NCBI GenBank assembly: GCA_964230645.1
Contig: CAXRHT010000003.1
Span: 224,001-288,000, forward strand
DNA from: Bdellovibrionales bacterium
GTDB taxonomy: Bacteria > Bdellovibrionota > Bdellovibrionia > Bdellovibrionales > JAGQZY01
Length of the DNA stretch: 64,000 nt
Direction: 5' to 3'
The notes under the pieces were generated by a model, which saw only the letters and a program-made list of their open reading frames with translations, was not told the origin of the DNA and ran no database searches. The position numbers and the translations under genes were made by a program. Shown piece by piece: positions 1 through 9,569 of the stretch. The first letter of the stretch is position 1; each line of letters starts with the position of its first letter.

Positions 1-1760
<1,760 letters not shown>

Positions 1761-1785
1761 TCATCGTTTCTTCCAAACCAAAAAG

Positions 1786-1819
1786 AAAAGGGCGCCTTTG
1801 TGGCGCCTTTTTTTTTTTT
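1786..1819 (+). terminator. Intrinsic terminator of groESL
   Basis: AAAAGGGCGCC-TTTGT-GGCGCC followed by a long T run. Confidence 0.9.
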
Positions 1820-1839
1820 GCCTTTGAAGGGGGTTGGGG

Positions 1840-2035
1840 CAAATTTCATGAAGTCATTTTGCATTTCAAAATTTGGAGAGACAGTTTTGCGGCCAGGCAT
1901 GCCGACGGGTGCACTTCGTCTCCCGGATTGCGCCATTTCATGTCGCAACCCAAGATACGCAGCGCTCGCGGCTCGAGCCTGTCCACAAAACTGTCTCTCC
2001 AAATTTTGAAATGCAAAATGACTTCATGAAATTTG
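1840..2035. repeat. 196-bp element with 59-bp inverted arms (MITE-like or structured element)
   Basis: 1840-1898 is the reverse complement of 1977-2035 (57/59 match, outer 50 bp perfect); two internal hairpins. Confidence 0.9.
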
Positions 2036-2072
2036 TAAAAAGCTATTTATCAATTAAAAAGGACTGAGAGAT

Positions 2073-3662
2073 TTAAAATAGGTAGTCGATACCAGTACTC
2101 AACATAGTGAAGCGGTGGCTTAGGTTATTGGCGGGGACGGGGCGTCCACCTTGGCCGGAGTAGCTTGTTGAGAGTAGTAGGAATTCAAGTCCTACACGCC
2201 ATCTTAGACGTTGGCTGATTTTGTTTTCTGCATAAAATTGGAAATCATTGATTGTGTTTTCGGGGTCTCCGCCGGAGGCGAAGGGTGTTTCGTTGAGACT
2301 TGGGAAAAGGTGGAAATAGGCTTTTCCGCCGATCGCCCATGTTCTTTCTTTATTGATGGGTACGTAACCACCAATACCAATCGGCATACTGCGATATTGA
2401 AGAGTGGTGAATCCAGAGTTTGAAGTGGTGTCTACAAACATTCTGTAATTGCTAAATCCCACATCGACTGTGAGTTTGGGGCCAAAAAATTCGTTTCTTA
2501 AAATAAAGTTGTAGCCGAAGGATAAACGGTATTGGGTGAGGGATTGAGAAATCTCTGAGGGGTTTCCCGTGGGGTTGTCGCTTGAACCAATACCTTGGGC
2601 AAAGTAGGCGTCTGTGTATATAGAAGGTGTGATCCACAGTTCGCCGGCCACCTTAATTCTAGGGTAAGCATTTACTTCGGAATTTAAGTTTGTGCCGTCT
2701 GCAAGAGTGAGGCTGTTGTCGAAATTTCCTAGGGAGAAATCGGCTCCGATTTTACCGAAGGTGGGAGGGTTTTTTGCGACCCATTCTCTAGCGTTTTTGC
2801 CGTAAACGGATTTGTTGTTTTCACTTAATAGTTGTTCCGGTGGGGTGTAGGTTTTTGTCCATGGGGTGGACTCATAGCGTACCGAGGAAATTCCTGTAAC
2901 CTTGGTGTCTTCGGTGATCACTCCGGCTTCGGTTTCACTAAGAATATCTCCAAAGCTAAGATATTCATCGACTTTAACCACTCTAATTTGTCCTAATATC
3001 GCTTTACTACTTTTTATAATAAAGTTCCTAACGGGGTGCTTTTTGGCGCCAATGACCTTTATTGCCGTTAGGGTTTGACCTTTGGTGACTCCATCTTTTT
3101 TGCCAGCACTGATGGTGACTCGATTATCAGTGCGACTCATTACCAAGGCGTCATAGGGGACTTTTTCTATAATTCTAGACATCAACGAAACAACGGCGGC
3201 TTGCACTATTTCGGTATTATCAGAGGGGCGCTCTAACTTTTCTTCAGCAACCAAGAGACCACTTTTTGCACTGAAAAGATAAAGATGAATATTTATTTGT
3301 TTTGGATCTTTGCGAACATCGGTTACAAAAAAGCCATCGGCTTTGAGATCTTTGGTAAAGCTTTTTACGAGCTCATTATTTTTTATTAGGTCTTCAGGGT
3401 TTATAACTTGGTTGGCCGCCGGGGAGGGGGTGTAGTCCCACTGATGGTTTTTCTTAATTAATTTTTCAAGCACTTCATCGACGGCTTTTGAATAGACTCC
3501 ATTCACGTTATCTTGAGTGGGTAGGAAACTCATCTTTTTAAAAGTTAAGCTTTGATCATAGTCACTGATGTACTCAGTGGTATCCTCTACTTGTTGAGCT
3601 AGGGATGGGGTCGAGTTGATTAAAATGAAGACAAAGCAAGTTAAGTTCAATAATGCACGCAT
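2073..3662 (-). CDS. Putative outer-membrane protein (signal peptide, FlgT-C-like middle domain, C-terminal beta-barrel)
   Basis: Signal peptide ending SLA-Q; segment RVTISAGKKDGVTKGQ...GQIRVVKV; alternating beta-strands ending in DYLF. Confidence 0.6.
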   Translation of the reverse strand: MRALLNLTCFVFILINSTPSLAQQVEDTTEYISDYDQSLTFKKMSFLPTQDNVNGVYSKAVDEVLEKLIKKNHQWDYTPSPAANQVINPEDLIKNNELVKSFTKDLKADGFFVTDVRKDPKQINIHLYLFSAKSGLLVAEEKLERPSDNTEIVQAAVVSLMSRIIEKVPYDALVMSRTDNRVTISAGKKDGVTKGQTLTAIKVIGAKKHPVRNFIIKSSKAILGQIRVVKVDEYLSFGDILSETEAGVITEDTKVTGISSVRYESTPWTKTYTPPEQLLSENNKSVYGKNAREWVAKNPPTFGKIGADFSLGNFDNSLTLADGTNLNSEVNAYPRIKVAGELWITPSIYTDAYFAQGIGSSDNPTGNPSEISQSLTQYRLSFGYNFILRNEFFGPKLTVDVGFSNYRMFVDTTSNSGFTTLQYRSMPIGIGGYVPINKERTWAIGGKAYFHLFPSLNETPFASGGDPENTINDFQFYAENKISQRLRWRVGLEFLLLSTSYSGQGGRPVPANNLSHRFTMLSTGIDYLF

Positions 3663-3863
3663 ATCAATATTATAAACATGGATGCCTCTGGGGTCATAGA
3701 TTTAGAAGCCCGTTGTCTTGAGTCTAGGCTAAGGCCGCGTGCAAATGTTTCCCTAGGAGGAATCCTCTTCTTTCCTCCGAAGACTTAAGTTGAGCCAAAG
3801 CCTCATTCTATACCCCGGGAACTGTTGAATTTGGTACAATAAAGGGGACAAGGTGAGGTCCTT

Positions 3864-4244
3864 ATGAAGATTATGATCGTTGATGATTCTTCTTTTATTA
3901 TACTGTTCTGTCGTCAGGCATTGGAAAAATCAGGATTTAATGTCGTCGGTGAAGCCTATGATGGTGTTGAAGCGGTTGAAAAAGCGCAGGAGTTAAATCC
4001 GGATGTTGTTATAATGGATATTGCTTTGCCTAAGAAAAATGGCTTTGAAGCCACAGAAAGTATTTTAGAACTGAATCCCAATACAAAAATTTTAGCGATT
4101 TCTGCATTGGACGAGGACTGGATTCGAGAGAAAGCTCTTAAAGCTGGATGCTTTGACTTTTTAGCAAAACCATTTGAAGCTACACAGCTGATCAATCAAA
4201 TGGAAAACTTGGTGGGTGACTCGGAAGGACTTAAATATGGGTGA
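3864..4244 (+). CDS. Single-domain response regulator (CheY-like)
   Basis: IVDD, MDIALP (phospho-acceptor Asp), ISA and KPF receiver motifs. Confidence 0.92.
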   Translation: MKIMIVDDSSFIILFCRQALEKSGFNVVGEAYDGVEAVEKAQELNPDVVIMDIALPKKNGFEATESILELNPNTKILAISALDEDWIREKALKAGCFDFLAKPFEATQLINQMENLVGDSEGLKYG

Positions 4245-4611
4245 TATATTTTTTGTAATTCGTATGGCTTTTTACACACTTGTTCTTGTGATTATAATGC
4301 AGGTAAAGATCGGCCCAACGACCATTGAACAAAAAGTTATTGATTTAACTCACAACTCTCAAGCAGCGGGTGTGTTACAGGGATTTGCGCAAGGTGCGGC
4401 TACCTTTATTGGAATTCAATACAATCGAGCCACTGGACATCTCAAATCAAGATTTATTAAAGAGCATAGCTCAGACAACCAGCCGGGCTCTCGTCTACAA
4501 GAGAAGCTTTCTGAGTTACAAGACTCAATCAACAAAAAATGGGAAGACCACGAAAAAAGCCAGTATCCTGCGAAAGAAGAGCATGGTGATCGCCCTTCTA
4601 TAAACCACTAA
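4237..4611 (+). CDS. Hypothetical membrane-anchored protein
   Basis: ORF 4216..4611; likely ATG at 4237 overlapping the upstream gene end; N-terminal hydrophobic helix. Confidence 0.65.
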   Translation: MGDIFFVIRMAFYTLVLVIIMQVKIGPTTIEQKVIDLTHNSQAAGVLQGFAQGAATFIGIQYNRATGHLKSRFIKEHSSDNQPGSRLQEKLSELQDSINKKWEDHEKSQYPAKEEHGDRPSINH

Positions 4612-5068
4612 GGTCAAAATTCTGAGATCTTACCTCCACTAGGTCCCCTCCAACGGGGCCCGCAAAGACTTTGATTGTGATTGAGTTTAGATCATCCGAG
4701 GAAAAGCAACTATCGATTTCTAAATGATTGTTTGTCCGATTCACTGATTCAATGATTCGCGGGCAAACCAAGGTCTCAGCTGAGTCCATCACTAAAATTT
4801 CTACGTCGATATTGGCGTTTTCATCCGATGTCGAGACTGCCGAAGCTATAAAACGATAACTATAGTTTGGAGTTTGAGCTGATCCAACATTTACTTTGTC
4901 TATAATTTGAACGTCAGCGAAATAACTGGGGGCTGACTTATGGTAGGGGTAAAGTGAAGAAAGACTTGAGCTTGAGTAGCCCAAACCTGACCCAGCCATA
5001 TTTCCACAATTTTGTAAAAGAACCACTAAAGCCGTAAAAAGAAAAAGTCCTATAAACATTTTTTTCAT
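4598..5068 (-). CDS. Putative lipoprotein (LQNC signal)
   Basis: MKK + hydrophobic stretch + LLQNCG; Ser-rich linker; last gene of a tightly coupled cassette. Confidence 0.7.
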   Translation of the reverse strand: MKKMFIGLFLFTALVVLLQNCGNMAGSGLGYSSSSLSSLYPYHKSAPSYFADVQIIDKVNVGSAQTPNYSYRFIASAVSTSDENANIDVEILVMDSAETLVCPRIIESVNRTNNHLEIDSCFSSDDLNSITIKVFAGPVGGDLVEVRSQNFDLSGL

Positions 5069-5070
5069 TT

Positions 5071-5646
5071 TTAGAACTCCTCATTAATATATAAAACTAG
5101 GGAACTCAGTTTCTGTTTGTCACCGGCAAATTTTGTATCAAGTCCACCGGATTTCATAGGGTCTCTTCCGAGAGCGGCGGCCACACTGGCCTCTGTCTGA
5201 GGTTTCGATATCGCCTGGGTTCTATGGCAGCTCAAACAGTTATTAGTAAATAGATTACGACCAAGAGCTAATGAGGGCTCTGTGCTTGGGCCAGTGGGTT
5301 GATCCGTTGGAAAAGAAAAAACTTTGCCAAGTTGTCGAACTGTAAAGGTTTGTAGGCTTACCAACTCACCATTGGAAAGATAAATAGACCCTTGAACCTT
5401 TGTTTCCTCTGTACACATGATGTGGAAGATATCCTTGTAGTGAACATCAATCATAGCATCACAGCCTATATTCACATTCACACTTTCAACGTCTAAGGCC
5501 TTACCCCCAGAATCTTTCACTTTGAAGGAAAGAAGTCGGTGGGTGACCAAGGCGTCTTTTTCAAACATAGAAACTATTTGATAGGACTCTGCCATCGCAG
5601 AAAATGAAAATAAGAAGCTAAACGCCAGAAGAAAGCAATATTTCAT
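5071..5646 (-). CDS. Exported c-type cytochrome domain protein
   Basis: Signal peptide (SAMA-E); C-terminal GRNLFTNNCLSCH heme-c motif with distal Met; start at 5646 gives a TAATG overlap with the upstream stop. Confidence 0.8.
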   Translation of the reverse strand: MKYCFLLAFSFLFSFSAMAESYQIVSMFEKDALVTHRLLSFKVKDSGGKALDVESVNVNIGCDAMIDVHYKDIFHIMCTEETKVQGSIYLSNGELVSLQTFTVRQLGKVFSFPTDQPTGPSTEPSLALGRNLFTNNCLSCHRTQAISKPQTEASVAAALGRDPMKSGGLDTKFAGDKQKLSSLVLYINEEF

Positions 5647-6371
5647 TAGAGCACCTGCCAGTGTGGGCTTAGGCAGATTCCAAGTACGATCTGTTTCCAA
5701 GCTTCGGTTTTGTCATCGTGTTGTTTATGAACGAGATCAAGAGCATCAAAGAAATCATTGGCAGGCAGTGGCTTACCACGGAAAAAAAGTTGAAAGGCTC
5801 TTTCGAAATTTGCGCTATTGGCAGCGGGAGGTTTCTCCAGAGTGGCTTTGCTATCTATTTTTTTAAGAGCGTGTTCGAGCCCTTTATCACTATCGACACC
5901 AATTTGGCAGGCAGACATGCGTCGACCCTCTCTTGGTGCACTTGCTCCAGAAATATTAGCAACCGCGCCGACAATTTCTTCATTGTCACATCGATAAAAC
6001 GGATTTTTGTCTTTATTACAGTCAGCAGCCGGTTGACGTCTTTTCTGATAAAGGTCCCAACCAGAACCTACGTCGGCTGCAGCCCAGGCTATAGTTTCCA
6101 CCATCTTTAACTTCACAGAGCTGCCAAAAACACTAATGAAAGTATTATAAGTCAACATTCTATTCGTATAGACGGGCTGGGCTTCTGTGCTCGCTTTTTG
6201 AAACTGAAGATGACCATTGTGACCATAAATCAATTCTGACTGACTACCAAAATCAATCGCGCTATTTGAAGTTTTAGTAGCCAACAAGCCATCTCCACAG
6301 TTTTGGAAAATGATAAGAGTTGAAGCCAGTAGGGCTAAAAGAGTGGAATACCGGGGTTTATGCCTTAACAT
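5646..6371 (-). CDS. Putative lipoprotein (FQNC signal)
   Basis: ORF 5646..6413, probable ATG 6371; IIFQNCG lipobox-like motif; helical C-terminus AWKQIVLGICLSPHW. Confidence 0.7.
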   Translation of the reverse strand: MLRHKPRYSTLLALLASTLIIFQNCGDGLLATKTSNSAIDFGSQSELIYGHNGHLQFQKASTEAQPVYTNRMLTYNTFISVFGSSVKLKMVETIAWAAADVGSGWDLYQKRRQPAADCNKDKNPFYRCDNEEIVGAVANISGASAPREGRRMSACQIGVDSDKGLEHALKKIDSKATLEKPPAANSANFERAFQLFFRGKPLPANDFFDALDLVHKQHDDKTEAWKQIVLGICLSPHWQVL

Positions 6372-7941
6372 TTTTAAGCTCCCATTTTTTTGCCCATTCA
6401 ACGTTTCCACCATTTTGGCTAATTAATGACTGTCCTTTTACAGCAATCTGCGGCAAATCTAGAATATTACAAACCGTGTTGACGATATCATCATTTAATA
6501 TCGCTCGGTTCTCGCCAGGGAAAAAATTCCCACTCTCACCCCAGGTTCCTGGGTAGCGACTTTTTGTCGAGTTGTTTGCTGATTCATGGCGAATGTTTCC
6601 AATTAAACCAGGTGAAGAAATCATTCCGCTGATTAGGGTGGTAGAGGCACCAAGGAAACCATGGTCAGCACCAGACCCATCTTTTTTAGGGGTTCGGCTA
6701 AACTCACTCATAATATGAATCAAGGTCCTATCGTAAATTCCCGCTGTAGTAAGAGCGGCTCTCAATTCTGTTATACATCCAAGCAGTGATCGATAAAAAA
6801 GTGATGTATAAAAGATCGAAGCACAAGAGCCCACGCGATGTTGATCACAGGTGACGTTTCCGTGTCCCACCACACTTTGCATAACTTGGGTGGAAGCATC
6901 CACTGTTACCGACGAAGAGATATTCTCCGTTAGGGCAAACTCGGCAAAAGCAAAGGCTTGAGCGGTCTGGTTAATATGTGTGTTCTTACCGATAGTATTT
7001 TTTAAAGTTCCCTTCACAGGACGGTTTGTATTGGTATTGTAAAATACCGATTCATCAGAGGTGTCTCCAACATCTGTAACGTCGGGAAACGGAGCACGAA
7101 TTTCTTTAGAGATAATATCTCGGTACTTTTTATAGAGACCCTGCCAGCGTTTATTGAAGGAATCGAGCTTTCTAGCGAACATATCGTAGGCGGCCATTTG
7201 CTGCTTTTCAGCACCTAAAGAGGGAAAGTTATTTGAGGCTGCGTAGCGATCTAGGGCGGATATGATTTGCTTAGTTGAAGGCTGCAACTCATTCACTTTG
7301 GTGACATCCTGCTGAAAGGCGGCGATCAAATCGGGTATGGGATTTCCTCTGTTCACTTGTACAATCGAGGTACCCTTTTCACTTTTAAAAGCTTGAGTCC
7401 CATAGGTCCCCGAAAGACCAGAGGCAGCTATAGGAAGTTCGGATTTATCCGCCAAGAGACCATGAATACTGGGTGAGCTGGCAACTGGTCGAACAATACG
7501 AGTGCGATTGACGGTGTGACTGTTGAGCTCCATGTTCACGCCACGGATCATCATGGTGTCATTGAGTAGATCTTTAAACTCAATTCCGGTGGCCGCAGAT
7601 TTTAAGTTCCAAACAGGAGGCATAAAAACCTCTTGCCCGCCAAAGTCAATTTTTTTACCTGCCAAAATGGGTCGAGCACTTGAACCTGATTTTTTTAGGA
7701 GAGTACCGAAATTACCTCTAATAACATCCGCGTTTTTATTGAAGGGGTTAAGAGGCTGGTCAAAATACCACCGGGGAGAGCCACCAGGCATTTGAATATT
7801 TAAATAGTACAGGCCTCGATTGGAAGAAGCTTGGGCGAGGTTGTTACCAAGTATGGCTTCCATAAGACTATTGAGACCGTAAAAATAAGCAGAACTACAG
7901 GCAAGGTGAGCTGTTGTTTTCAAAAATTTACGTCGCTTCAT
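6358..7941 (-). CDS. Tat-exported DUF1501-family protein
   Basis: MKRRKFLK twin-arginine signal; C-terminal IMSEFSRTP...GADHG resembles the DUF1501 (G/S)EFGRTP...GTDH signature. Confidence 0.75.
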   Translation of the reverse strand: MKRRKFLKTTAHLACSSAYFYGLNSLMEAILGNNLAQASSNRGLYYLNIQMPGGSPRWYFDQPLNPFNKNADVIRGNFGTLLKKSGSSARPILAGKKIDFGGQEVFMPPVWNLKSAATGIEFKDLLNDTMMIRGVNMELNSHTVNRTRIVRPVASSPSIHGLLADKSELPIAASGLSGTYGTQAFKSEKGTSIVQVNRGNPIPDLIAAFQQDVTKVNELQPSTKQIISALDRYAASNNFPSLGAEKQQMAAYDMFARKLDSFNKRWQGLYKKYRDIISKEIRAPFPDVTDVGDTSDESVFYNTNTNRPVKGTLKNTIGKNTHINQTAQAFAFAEFALTENISSSVTVDASTQVMQSVVGHGNVTCDQHRVGSCASIFYTSLFYRSLLGCITELRAALTTAGIYDRTLIHIMSEFSRTPKKDGSGADHGFLGASTTLISGMISSPGLIGNIRHESANNSTKSRYPGTWGESGNFFPGENRAILNDDIVNTVCNILDLPQIAVKGQSLISQNGGNVEWAKKWELKNVKA

Positions 7942-9437
7942 TATTCGACCCCCTGTTTGAGATCCAGCGAGGGGTTACGTGTCTGAAAGGCTGGAGATTT
8001 TAAAATATCTAAAATAAGTCTTTTAAGTGATCCATGTTTTTTGAGTGATAGTCCCAATTCGACAACTTCTTCTCTATGTTTCATATAGAAAGGAGTCCCT
8101 GTTTTGTTCGCAACAGGAACGGTAATGCCAGTAAGAAATTTATAGTAGCGTTGGGCGGCACAAACGTAAGGATCATTCTGCTGAGTGAGCTTTTGCCCCA
8201 GATTATTAAGCCCTGTAACAGTCTCATCAATAAGGTTGCCATCATAATCTCGATAGTACAGATGCCCCTGTGGTGCTCGTCGAATATAGGCCGTGTCAGA
8301 GTCGGCCGTTGATTGTTGGTTCGTCCTCACCTTGTACCTTCTAAAGGGGCGCATTTGTATGGCGTTGCCGAACCCGTCAATTTTACGAATAAGGTCCCGA
8401 TAATTATTAGCTGTGGTAATGATTGGAGTGATGTTGCGAGCAGTATGGGCAAAGGGATCAAGGGTCGCATGGCACCTGGCACAGCTTCTGTCTTTTCTAA
8501 AACTCAAGTCAGATTTATTGTATTTTTTCATATAAGCACCGACGTCTTCATTGAGAAGGGTCGGTAAAGTCAGGCACAACAAATCGCTAAAGGTGTTATT
8601 GGCCATTCTTCTATGAATGCGATTGCCGCCATCAAGACGTTGGTTGGCTTCGGAATTAGCCATGATATAAGCTTGGCTTCCTAATATTCCTCCGCCAAAA
8701 TTTTCGGTCAAGTTGACGTGAGTTTCATCGTCACGAGCTGATGACCAGTCAGACTGTTCAATTGTGTCTTCATAATAGGCATAGCGCAATCTCACTCTCT
8801 TATCAGGAGGTTCAGTGACACCAACTAGATATCCGGTAGGAACTCTAGCAAAATCCAAGGCTTCCCAAGCGTCTGAGTCGGTATTGTTGCCGGGCCGTTT
8901 AAAGGGACCAGTGATAATTGGTCGGTTTCTAAACTCCACTCGCCCAATAGTATAAAGGCTTGTGGCTTTACCACGTCGGATACCGCGTAGAGGTTTAGTT
9001 CGAGTAAATATGGATTTATAGTGATTCGATCCAAACAAGGCATCCGTAATAAAAAGAGCAGGCTCTGTAGAGTCAGTAAAATTATAGACCGCTTTTTCTA
9101 AGGTTCCTCCAGCCGAGAGAGAGGTAAACCAACTGTTGTGAAATTGGTTAAAGTTTCTCAATATGGACTGAGCAACAACGTCATTTTCATTCTTTAACTT
9201 TTTAGTATTACCGGTTCTTTCGAACATGGCTTTGTTGAGTAAGTTTTCGCAGGCAGAAACAGGATCTAAAGAGCCCTCGGCGACCTTTTTATAGTCGCTT
9301 GAATTGATTTCGACTGGAAAGTCGGAAATTCGAGAATAACATTTAGAGTATATTTCTATTGGGCTCAGGTCTTGTGCATGGGAAACATGACTTAAACCTA
9401 AAATAAATAGAACTAAAATTCCGCCCCATTTTTTCAT
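7941..9437 (-). CDS. Exported heme-c protein, DUF1588/DUF1585-like
   Basis: ORF 7941..9497, probable ATG 9437; signal peptide; GILGSQAY, SCARCHATLDP (CxxCH) and C-terminal YVCAAQRYYKFLTG...LKRLILDILKSPAF. Confidence 0.7.
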   Translation of the reverse strand: MKKWGGILVLFILGLSHVSHAQDLSPIEIYSKCYSRISDFPVEINSSDYKKVAEGSLDPVSACENLLNKAMFERTGNTKKLKNENDVVAQSILRNFNQFHNSWFTSLSAGGTLEKAVYNFTDSTEPALFITDALFGSNHYKSIFTRTKPLRGIRRGKATSLYTIGRVEFRNRPIITGPFKRPGNNTDSDAWEALDFARVPTGYLVGVTEPPDKRVRLRYAYYEDTIEQSDWSSARDDETHVNLTENFGGGILGSQAYIMANSEANQRLDGGNRIHRRMANNTFSDLLCLTLPTLLNEDVGAYMKKYNKSDLSFRKDRSCARCHATLDPFAHTARNITPIITTANNYRDLIRKIDGFGNAIQMRPFRRYKVRTNQQSTADSDTAYIRRAPQGHLYYRDYDGNLIDETVTGLNNLGQKLTQQNDPYVCAAQRYYKFLTGITVPVANKTGTPFYMKHREEVVELGLSLKKHGSLKRLILDILKSPAFQTRNPSLDLKQGVE

Positions 9438-9569
9438 TTTTAATCCCACTTTCCACCACTCCTCTACTATATCAAAACCCAACAGAACTACGGACAAAAA
9501 TAATCAAAGCCAAAATAAATGCATCATTATGAGATTTTTTAAAAAATATCGACAGTTTCGCCCATATTG

